Positions 16,210 through 25,000 of a stretch of DNA of 64,000 bases are shown one piece after another. The stretch is from Patescibacteria group bacterium (lineage in GTDB: Bacteria > Patescibacteriota > Minisyncoccia > Phycocordibacterales > UBA9973), in contig JBBTUV010000002.1 of assembly GCA_038063535.1 (NCBI GenBank), forward strand, positions 4,723 to 68,722, given 5' to 3'. Both the position numbers and the translations under genes were made by a program. The stretch's first letter is position 1; each line of letters begins with the position of its first letter. The notes under the pieces were generated by a model. That model did no database searches, was not told where the DNA came from, and saw only the letters and a list, made by a program, of their open reading frames with translations.

Positions 16210-19200
16210 TCACGTTTTCTTCTAATAATCGTCGCCGCTCCGATCACTATACCCAATGTGAGTGTGAACGCCACCGGTATAGTCGCGTCGCTTGCTCCCG
16301 CTCCCGCGAATTGCCGGGAAGCCGGCAGGGCTCCCGAATCGCCTCCCCCTCCGTCGCCTGCTCCACCGCCACCCACTCCTGGGTCTGGAGTTCCCCCACT
16401 TTCGGCGCCTCCAGTTCCCCCATCAGGAGAACCCGCGCCCGCGCCAACTTGGGCATCCGGAGTAGCGGATGCCTCAACTCCGCCACCTCCGCCTCCACGC
16501 GAAACTATATTAGCTGTCCAGCAAGAGCCGTTGTTTCCGAGATTGACTGTGGTGAAAGTAGAATCTACGTTGTTCCCGCCCGAGCAAGCCGAGTCTTTGA
16601 CCGAAATATAGCTGACGGTCGCAGTGGAACTGAAGGTGGTGGTCCATTGACTGCTGGCTGTGTCGGAAGAAACCGCCAGGATGTTTCCACTTTGTCCGGC
16701 GATGTCAAATGTGCCGGCAAAAGTGTAAGTGTTCCCGGCCTTGAATTTCAAGAATTTCCCCGCACCGTTCGCGGCACTGACGGTAAAATTATTGAAAGTA
16801 ATATTGCTGGCGCCCCCTATGGTAGTAATGGTTCCACTAGCCACTTCACTTCCAACGGAATAAAAAGTGGAAGGAGAATTTTGGTTGTTGTATTCCGTGG
16901 TTATCCAGTCAGCGGAGCGAATAACATTTGAGACTCTCGCTTCATCAATTCCACCGTTGAAATAAAAAGTTGACACCCCATTTCCTCCCATACTCAATGT
17001 GAGAGTACTGTCGGCATCAAGAGAACCTGTAGGTGTCGTAACAGTGTTTGGAGAAGCAACTAAATTTCCATTAAGATAAAAGGTTGGTATTGTTAATGAA
17101 CCATTGTGTGTCACCGCGAAATGATACCATTGGCCCGTGGCAACACTTGCAGCACCAGTTCCCCATTGTCCATCAGTTCCACTAAAGCTCCTGAAAAATT
17201 CAAAATTTGTTCGTGTGCTTCTTGCTATTGATAGCCAACCGAGATCTCCTGCGGCGTTTGTTTTTCCCAAGCCGCTTCCGAACGAATTGGTGAAGGCAGT
17301 TACATACAACCATTCTTCTACGGTTATGTTAGTAAGATTATTTATATCGGTTGAAGCATTTGTATTTATAATAGCAGTGGAACCATTGAAATTTGCTCCG
17401 CCATCTATTTTGGCAGAAATTGCAGTTGCGTTAGAAACCGTACCATTAATCATACTCGTGGTTGAATCTAATGCTCCTAAAGTAGTCCCATCCGGCAAAT
17501 GCCAAACCCCTTTGTAATTAGAATCCCAAACATTTGTTTTATCCGATTGGTCAGCGGTTACACTTGAATTTCCGTAAGCCATGTAAATAACAGTGTCGGT
17601 AGCCGTTGCAACTGTCGGAACTTTAACCCAATAAATTACTTCGCCGGTTGTAGCGATATATCTTTCCGTTTCGTGTTTCAATTGAGTTGTTAAAGTTAAA
17701 TCAGAGAAGAAAGCCACGTCATAACCATTCGCATTTTGAACCAATCCGCCATTAGCTACTGTTGCCAGGTATGAATACGTTCCTGAAATTAAGACAGGGA
17801 AATTTGTCTGGTCGGTGTTTGGAACTTTTGTTTTATCAATGGTGATGGTTCTATAATACTGATAAGGAGAACCGGGGGTGAGGGTAACCGTTCCGGAATT
17901 GTGAGTGAATGTTCCGTTGTTAGTTAAATTCCCGCTTAGGTTCAAGCTGGCTGGCGCACTCAATGTACTGCCTGTAGCAATAAGTGTGGTTTTTATATTC
18001 AAAGTTGGATTATAAGTATTGGCATTTGCAGTTAGGGCGTTGGTTCCATCGCCAATTGTCAAAACACCATCAACTGTTATGGTCTGCGAAGTTCCGGTTC
18101 CTAGAGTGTAGGTCACAATACCCGCAGGAATAAGAGAGAGGTTGTAAAAAGTGGTGTTGGCGACGTTAGTAGCAGAGGTGCTGGTGTATTGAAAAGTAGA
18201 CATGCCGGCGGTAAAGGTCCCCGTTGTCACCAACGGTGTTCCGGAGCCGGAGAGAGTCCAAGTTTTGGAGCCAGCGTTTAAAGTTTGATTGAGTGCGATT
18301 GTTAATACTCCTGTAGCGGTAATGCCTCCTGTTCCCGTGGCGGTGCTTGCCGTTGCCCCCGTCCCATCGCCCAAGGTTAGAGATGAGAATGTCCAGGCGG
18401 TAGCTCCACCGAAGTTGCCAGCTCCGTCCAAGAGGAAAGTTCCACCTGTTAGATTGATTGTGCCATCACCCGTAACATCTCCCCCGTTGACAGTAATGCT
18501 ATTCGTTCCGGAAAGAGTTCCTGCGGTCATGGTGATGTCTCCCGCGATGGTATTCGATGCATCCGCGAAAGACCAGCCCCCACCGACACCGTTAAAGGTA
18601 ACATTGTCTAAGTTGCCTGTTCCGTTATCAATGGTGTGGCCTGTGGCTGTGGCGGTAAATGTTGTCACTTGGGGAGAACCAGATTCAGAGAAAGTACCAG
18701 AGTTTACGAAATCGCCACCGACGGAGAGTGCGTTTGTTCCCATAGCAAGTATGGCGGAAGTTTGAATAGTGAGGTCTCCGTCAACAGAAGAAGAGGACGC
18801 AGAGGGGTCTGTGGTAACCGTTCCTCCTGGAGTGTAGGTCTTCCCTGTCCAGATAATTACCTTGGCTCCATCTTCGTAAACAGCATCATTGGTGGTAACT
18901 GTAAACATCATATCGCTGTCGCCTACATTGTCAAATTGGTCTAGATTGGCATTGGTAATAGGTCCCGCGTCTTCATGGCTTACAATCACTCTATTCTGAT
19001 AGAGGTTAAGACCCGAGACATTCCCTCCGCTAGCAGCTCTTGTTATGAGGTTGGCTTGGTTTCCTGCATTGGTGTCCAGAAAGATTGAAACTACTTGTCC
19101 TGCCGAGACGGTAACATTGGGAATTGAGTAGACACCGGAACCGTTGGCGACAGCAGAGTAAGTTCCTCCTCCGTTTACTCGCAGTGCGACTGTCGGACCT

Positions 19201-21254
19201 GTAGTCATAAGGGTGGTGCCTTCATCGGTGTAGACTGTTCCGGAGAAAGTAGCTCCTACCGGCGTCGCCGGACTCCCCGTAGGCACTGTGCCTGCATCGT
19301 AGTTGCCATAGGAATCTTCAGTGAATATTTTGTAGTAGTAAGCTGTGCCATTGGTAAGCCCGGTGTCTTGACAAGTTGTGGCGGGTGGAGAACCAGTCAC
19401 TACACAAGCCACGGTGTTAACTGTGTTGATGATGTTGCCTACCGTGTATGTTGTTCCTTCTACTGGAACATCAGTGACCACTGATGTTTCTCGACGCAGG
19501 ACGACCACTGTTCCGCCTGTGGTGAAAGATGAATCGACTGATGATGGATTAGTCCAAGCTAGGTCAACAATGGTGTTACCCGCGGTGACGGTAGAAGAAG
19601 CAACAGCTCCAGGAGAAGCGTTGTCTACTGTGATGGTGGCAGAATCGGTGTCAGTTCCCGCAGTCGTGTTAGTTGCCGTAATTGCAGTCACTGTTGCTGT
19701 TGTCGCATAACTCGCTCCCGGAACAGCCGGCATGTTGGCGTGAGTCTTGGGAGTAATCTTGACAACATAATCTGTGGGAGTGGTGGTGACATCTATGGCA
19801 CAAGTTGTCAGAGCGACAGCGTTTGCAGATGGGGTGGCGGAACATTTCAGTGCATCGGCTGTGGTGTATACACCGACTGTGGCAATGTTTGTGTAAGCAC
19901 TTGCATCTCCTGCAAGAGTTACTGTCATGCCTGTAACTGTGTCAGTGCCAGAGCTTGTGGCAAGAGAAAATCTATCAATTTCTGTGGCGGAAGCTCCCGG
20001 ACCGATGGTGGAGTTACTGCCGTCGGTGCCGTCACCGAGGGTAGTGGTGGGTGCATATTCCACCAACCCCCAAATGGTTGAAAACCAGTTGTCGGGGTTG
20101 CCGTCAGTTACGTTTACTCCGGCTATCATTGTGTCTAAAAGAGCGGGTGTCCACGCCCCGCCTGCTTGCGGGTCGGTGTAGGAAGTTAGTTGGTAGTTTC
20201 TCTTGAAAGTACTGTCGAAGTTTGTCTGCCAAGTGGTGTCGTTTTGGGAGGTGGAAGTTCCGCTTGTGGTTGTTCCGCTAGACTGCGATTTTATTTGTGG
20301 CGTCCAAGCACCCGCAACCGCTGTTTCCATTGTTTGTCGAGTTCCAACTTGTACTAAAGTAATGCTATCGTTGGACGCTCCTCCGGCGCTCGCCCAAGAT
20401 TCAAAATTGTAGTTTGCCTGTTGACCGCCCGTATTAGTATCCACTTCAATATAATCAGTTACATCATTAGGTGTCACTTCGTCAATCGCCGAAAAAAGTC
20501 CCGCAGTAGCCGCCGCATCTCCCGCAGAATCAGGTTGCATATGTAAAATTCCACCAGCTCCAGGTAATCCATTCTGTACCGAACCAGAATTGCTGTTGGC
20601 AGCGATGTCGTCAAAATACCAAACTCCAGTAGTGTGCGCTTCGGCGCCCCCATTGCCTACAAAATAAAACTGGTCTTGAACTTTGCTTATGTCTCTAGTG
20701 GAAGAGCCGATGTTCAGTGTTCCGTCAAGATACAGATTTACAGTATCAGTTGCTCCAGCCCCAGAAGTATCTATTTCAAGTTCCAACCTGTACCAAGTAT
20801 TTAAAGAAAGAGTAGAACCCGTGCCAATGCTTCCATCTTCATCCACCAAAGACAACTGCCCCGCATTATCTACTTTCACAAAAATCTGCCTAGTGGCATC
20901 AGCATTTCCTGTCACCATAAAAGAATTAGCGGCAGTAGGAAAAGTTTCAAAGCGAACATACGCTCGATAAAACTGTACTGTTCCATATTCGTTTGGGATA
21001 ACATAACCGCCCCGCCTTGAAGAACTTCCAGTAAGAGCTATCTTTAAAGAATAGGTGCCAGTTCGGACAGTGGTGGTATCAATCGCCCCAGGAGCAATCC
21101 ATTCGTTGTATTCAACATCGTTTGTTGTTGTTCCTAATTCAAATCCTGATGACCAAAGACGCGCAGCAAAAGTTTGCGAAGGAGAAATTAGCAAGGTAAA
21201 AAATACAATCGTTAAGAAGTGAACGAGAGCTATTTTTTTAATTCGAGAAATCAT
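16206..21254 (-). CDS. Giant (about 1680 aa) Thr/Gly/Asn-rich surface protein with an FN3-like segment, Gly-rich stalk and C-terminal TM anchor with RRKRE tail
   Basis: Continuous ORF. The likely start is MISRIKKIALVHFLTIVFFTLLISPSQTFA (signal peptide) at 21254; the ORF-track start at 21356 is an upstream extension. An FN3-like signature LTNGTAYYYKIFTEDSYGNYD is present. The C-terminus is GGGGGGVEAS...GGGGAGDGGGGDSG followed by TM FTLTLGIVIGAATII and RRKRE. No LPXTG or PEP motif was seen. Confidence 0.7.
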   Translation of the reverse strand: MISRIKKIALVHFLTIVFFTLLISPSQTFAARLWSSGFELGTTTNDVEYNEWIAPGAIDTTTVRTGTYSLKIALTGSSSRRGGYVIPNEYGTVQFYRAYVRFETFPTAANSFMVTGNADATRQIFVKVDNAGQLSLVDEDGSIGTGSTLSLNTWYRLELEIDTSGAGATDTVNLYLDGTLNIGSSTRDISKVQDQFYFVGNGGAEAHTTGVWYFDDIAANSNSGSVQNGLPGAGGILHMQPDSAGDAAATAGLFSAIDEVTPNDVTDYIEVDTNTGGQQANYNFESWASAGGASNDSITLVQVGTRQTMETAVAGAWTPQIKSQSSGTTTSGTSTSQNDTTWQTNFDSTFKRNYQLTSYTDPQAGGAWTPALLDTMIAGVNVTDGNPDNWFSTIWGLVEYAPTTTLGDGTDGSNSTIGPGASATEIDRFSLATSSGTDTVTGMTVTLAGDASAYTNIATVGVYTTADALKCSATPSANAVALTTCAIDVTTTPTDYVVKITPKTHANMPAVPGASYATTATVTAITATNTTAGTDTDSATITVDNASPGAVASSTVTAGNTIVDLAWTNPSSVDSSFTTGGTVVVLRRETSVVTDVPVEGTTYTVGNIINTVNTVACVVTGSPPATTCQDTGLTNGTAYYYKIFTEDSYGNYDAGTVPTGSPATPVGATFSGTVYTDEGTTLMTTGPTVALRVNGGGTYSAVANGSGVYSIPNVTVSAGQVVSIFLDTNAGNQANLITRAASGGNVSGLNLYQNRVIVSHEDAGPITNANLDQFDNVGDSDMMFTVTTNDAVYEDGAKVIIWTGKTYTPGGTVTTDPSASSSSVDGDLTIQTSAILAMGTNALSVGGDFVNSGTFSESGSPQVTTFTATATGHTIDNGTGNLDNVTFNGVGGGWSFADASNTIAGDITMTAGTLSGTNSITVNGGDVTGDGTINLTGGTFLLDGAGNFGGATAWTFSSLTLGDGTGATASTATGTGGITATGVLTIALNQTLNAGSKTWTLSGSGTPLVTTGTFTAGMSTFQYTSTSATNVANTTFYNLSLIPAGIVTYTLGTGTSQTITVDGVLTIGDGTNALTANANTYNPTLNIKTTLIATGSTLSAPASLNLSGNLTNNGTFTHNSGTVTLTPGSPYQYYRTITIDKTKVPNTDQTNFPVLISGTYSYLATVANGGLVQNANGYDVAFFSDLTLTTQLKHETERYIATTGEVIYWVKVPTVATATDTVIYMAYGNSSVTADQSDKTNVWDSNYKGVWHLPDGTTLGALDSTTSMINGTVSNATAISAKIDGGANFNGSTAIINTNASTDINNLTNITVEEWLYVTAFTNSFGSGLGKTNAAGDLGWLSIARSTRTNFEFFRSFSGTDGQWGTGAASVATGQWYHFAVTHNGSLTIPTFYLNGNLVASPNTVTTPTGSLDADSTLTLSMGGNGVSTFYFNGGIDEARVSNVIRSADWITTEYNNQNSPSTFYSVGSEVASGTITTIGGASNITFNNFTVSAANGAGKFLKFKAGNTYTFAGTFDIAGQSGNILAVSSDTASSQWTTTFSSTATVSYISVKDSACSGGNNVDSTFTTVNLGNNGSCWTANIVSRGGGGGGVEASATPDAQVGAGAGSPDGGTGGAESGGTPDPGVGGGGAGDGGGGDSGALPASRQFAGAGASDATIPVAFTLTLGIVIGAATIIRRKRE

Positions 21255-21326
21255 AAAAACACATAAAATTATATCATTTTTCCCTTTCCAATTGAAAAAA
21301 TAATGTGGATAGGTCATAATGAATGG

Positions 21327-22055
21327 ATGACAAACGAGGAGGTTCGAAGATACCAAGACCCTGAAACCGGCAAGCAGTGGTTTTCGATGGTTGACATAAT
21401 TGCTTTAACTACCTCCAGTAAAAATCCGCAGAATTACTGGAAAGTTCTAAAAAGTCGTTTAAAGAAAAGCGCTCCCGAGTTGGTTACAAAGTGTAACCAA
21501 CTTAAAATGAAAGCAAAAGATGGGAAATATTACCTCACCGACGCCGCCGATGTGGAAACCCTGACCGAGATCATCAAACTGATTCCGGGGGCAAATGTGC
21601 ATAGCCTCGAGGAATGCGTAGCACCGTTTGTAACAACCCCTCCAACCCCCACCCCCTCTTCTGTTTCCCCCAAAGGGGGAGAAGAATTACCCTCTCCTTC
21701 GGAGAGGGTTAGGGAGAGGTCAGAAGTCCCGACGTCCGAAGGAGTCGGGACCCCGACCGAAAGCGTCGGGGCTGAACTCCTCCTCGACGCTTACGAATCC
21801 GGAAATTATATTTTCATCGAAGCCTTCATCGCCGGCGTTTCATTGGAAGATTTGAACATAGACGTTGAGCCGAGAAAAATAATCATCGAGGGAAAAAGAA
21901 CGAGATCGGGAGACGATTATTTCACACAAGAATTACAATGGCTTTCCTTCTCCCGCACACTCGATCTCCCCGCTCCCGTTGACACGGAGAGAGCGGAAGC
22001 AACTGAAAGGGACGGGCATCTTACGATCCGTCTTCCGAAGGTGATTGTTCAGTAG
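21327..22055 (+). CDS. Hsp20/alpha-crystallin domain protein with an N-terminal Bro-N-like domain and a linker encoded by GC-rich palindromic elements
   Basis: C-terminal NYIFIEAFIAGVSLEDLNIDVEPRKIIIEGKRT...FSRTLDLPAPVDTERAEATERDGHLTIRLPK is a clear alpha-crystallin domain. The N-terminal GKQWFSMVDIIALTTSSKNPQNYWKVLKSRL...DGKYYLTDAADVETLTEIIKLIP loosely resembles Bro-N (.PWFVAKDVA..LG..NP....). The linker TTPPTPTPSSVSPKGGEELPSPSERVRERSEVPTSEGVGTPTESVG is encoded by the palindromic element at 21636..21771. Start taken as the M at 21327; the ORF-track start is 21303. Confidence 0.55.
   Translation: MTNEEVRRYQDPETGKQWFSMVDIIALTTSSKNPQNYWKVLKSRLKKSAPELVTKCNQLKMKAKDGKYYLTDAADVETLTEIIKLIPGANVHSLEECVAPFVTTPPTPTPSSVSPKGGEELPSPSERVRERSEVPTSEGVGTPTESVGAELLLDAYESGNYIFIEAFIAGVSLEDLNIDVEPRKIIIEGKRTRSGDDYFTQELQWLSFSRTLDLPAPVDTERAEATERDGHLTIRLPKVIVQ
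21636..21771. repeat. Cluster of GC-rich palindromic units inserted in-frame: a core-less derivative of the leuS DUF559-element TIRs plus two cccgac-N7-gtcggg hairpins
   Basis: aacccctccaacccccacccc (like the leuS left TIR start), tttcccccaaaggggga hairpin, ccctctccttcggagaggg (like the leuS right TIR), then gtcccgacgtccgaaggagtcgggac and cccgaccgaaagcgtcgggg hairpins. All visible directly. Confidence 0.7.
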
Positions 22056-25000
22056 AAGTTTCCTCCCCGCCCTGCCCGTCCTCTGGCGTGGCTTCTGAAG
22101 GAGGGGCAGGGGTAGTTGTTTCTTCTGGCAGAGGTTCCGAAATTACTTCCGGTTCGGGAGGAGTTTCCGCCGGAGGCGGATCAGCCTCGGGCTGAGGTTC
22201 AGGTGCTGGCTCGGGAGGAGTTTCCTCTTCCGGCATCGGTTCCGGGCTCGGCGGTGGCGGTAGCGGAGCGCTTTGATAAATTATCGTTGGCGGTGGAGAT
22301 GGCGCAGCCGCAGGCTCACTCCAATCGAGCACCAACCCGTCACCCAAGCTCTCTGCGGTCCTCGCGTCTTTCACGCCAAGCGCTATCCAGGAGAAGCGAA
22401 TATTGTGCGGAGCTTTTTTGCTGAGTAGTATTGTGAATCCGGTCTCATCTTTGTCGAGGATGACCGATGAGATCTTCGCCGAGAAAATATCCGAGAGCGC
22501 GACGTCGTCGATATTATCCGTCGCTTCAAACGTGATCGAGGCGGTTACCGCCGGCGTCGCTGCATAGGCCTCGGTGAAATCCACCCGCACTCTCTGGTCC
22601 CCTTCTTTTACGATGGCAAATCCTGCAGTGTCTTCATTGAAAGTAGGCGGCATCGTAAATTCCACCGGCCCGCCGAAAGTGACCCCGTTCTCGAGGCCCT
22701 CGGTGTTGCCGAAGAAAGTAAGCCCGGCGAACTTCGCGTCTTTTGCATTTAAAGTATCAGTGTCGATCGCGTTTGCGGTAAGACTAGGTGTGACTATCGA
22801 GATAGCCGCTGCTAGTTTATCAGTGAGGAGTTCGGAGAAATCAAGCTCTTCGTTCACACCTCCCCCATTATCACTCATGAATTTGGCTAGGATCGCTTTT
22901 GCCATATTTGAAGTCGTACCATTCTCCTCACCTGGAAGCGTGAGGCCGGCGAGCTTGTTGAGCCGCTCTCCGTTCCAATACCCCTGCTCGACGTAGACCA
23001 TGACTGTGCCGGCGTCACCGACCCAAGGCTCGAGTGCCTTCCCGATGACCGTGCCTGCTTTAGTCGCCTTTGTTGCCTTGCCCTGCTCGCTCGAGGTCGT
23101 CAGATAATCACCCGCGGCGATCTCCGGAGAATCGGCAGAGATCTTCACCGGCACGCGCCCGGAGAGCGCGACCGGCATCGGGTTGTCCTCTTCCCTAATG
23201 TTGTAACCGGTCGAAGAGAAATCGCCGGTGTTGTCTGAGATTATGCCGATAACATTCGTTTGATAAGCTTTGTTTGATTTTATTAACTTAGTTATTCGGC
23301 CTTTTACTTTCTCCCAGTCGATATTGCCATCGGTCATGTCATAGGTATTGACCAGCTCACTACCAGTCACTACTATATCTCCAACTTCCATTCCCGTCGC
23401 TACCGGATACATTTCGGCATAGTCAGCAGCCGGAGCTGCGTTGCAGTCGCGGATTTCATAAGCGGTTCCCGCGGTCGGGGCGGTCGCATTTGCCAAAGAT
23501 GAACATACGGCGGTGGTGCTTGCGGTTGCGGAAAGTCCCATACTCGTTATCCCGGCATTTGTGACTTTAAATTTGGAAACACTATTATTTTGCAAATCAA
23601 TAAAGTTACCGGAAAATGTCCCACTTCCGGTCGCAAAGCTCATGAGGAGCCCGGTACCGGTGAAAGTCGAGGTGTTATGATAGAATTGCGCCATCTGCGC
23701 GGCGGAGGTCATGGTCGTGCTATAGAGGCGAAGAATGTCTCCCTGAGTGGTCCCGGTGGACTCGCCGTAAATAGCAGCTGGTAATGCTACTCCACCGGCA
23801 AGACCATTGGTAAAGGCTTGAAGACCGAAAGTCGCCCCGGTTGTGCGGATACCTGTATTGGTGCCAGCCGTATTGGAGCCAGCATTGGAAACGACTTCCA
23901 GACCGCGCACGAGATTAGCAAGAGTTGTATTGTCAATGCTTCGGACAATTTGGTTGATAGCGGTATTGGCGGTAGTGGTGGGAGCATTGTTGACGACAAA
24001 ACGGTTTCCGACCTGTGTTCCGCCGGCGGAAGGATTGAAGGTATAATTTCCAAATACACCCGCAATAGAAGTGGTGGCGCTGTTGGCAGAAATTGTGTTC
24101 TCGAGATTTACCCGAGCCGATGTCTCGGAAGATGCTTCTCCGACTGAAAGATTTCCTAAATCATTTATTACCAGACCGATGGCATTGGAGCTCAACCTGG
24201 CTGTATGTAACGCATACAAAACATCCGGAGTAGTATCGTTGGCGTTATCGGAAAACGCGACATCAACGGTTAGAGAAGTGGTGCTAGCGATGGCGGTGAC
24301 AGTTCTAGTTTCTCCTGTGACAGTAATTCTGTCGCCGACGACAAGTTCAGTGGTAAAAAGAGTACTTACTCCCGTGACGGTAGTGGAAGCCGCTGGGTCA
24401 ATAGTACCAGTAAGAACTGCAGTAGCTTTTCCTGTGGTGCGGACATTGCCCGCGACGTCCAGGCGGGTGAGAGGAGAAGTTTGGTTGATGCCTACGTTGC
24501 CGCCAAAGTAATTGGTGCCAGTCGTCGAGTAGAGCGCAAAATTGTTGGTACCGCCTATAGGAGCGCTGTCTATGTAAACGCTCGCCATGTTGGTAAAGCT
24601 CCCCGCTCCTCCTTCCGATGGCCCCCCGACCCGCAATCCCGCGCCCCAAGTACTGGCACCCGTCGGGTTGAGACTCGTCCCGCTAGAGATATTCACCATA
24701 CTTATGTCGCCGGTCCCTGATGTGTTGGCGATAGAAGATGGGCGGACAATAACCGCCGCGGTATCATTTGCGGCGGTCGCCGCAGAGGTGTATGCGAGGT
24801 CTCCTGCTCCACCGACAGCCAAAAGATATCGGAGGTTCGTCGCGCCTATTCCTACCGCGCTATTAGCAGGATCGGCGACGAATAAATTGGCATTTGCGCC
24901 TGCAATACCCGCTCGGATGACACCGTTCACGTCAAGGAGCTGCGCCGGGGCCGCCGTCCCTATCCCGACGTTGCCTAAATCATTAATGGCAAGAGCTATT

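Noticed and set aside
15853-16611. Plus-strand 252-aa ORF with a PPPSPAPPPP stretch
   Set aside because: Antisense to the Gly-rich C-terminus of the giant surface protein and to 15802..16209. Low-complexity artefact of the GC-rich Gly codons.
20900-21356. LPXTG, PEP-CTERM or PGF-CTERM sorting signal at the C-terminus of the giant protein (16206..16330)
   Set aside because: The tail is Gly-rich plus TM plus RRKRE but contains no LPXTG, PEP or PGF motif. Reported as a generic TM anchor only.
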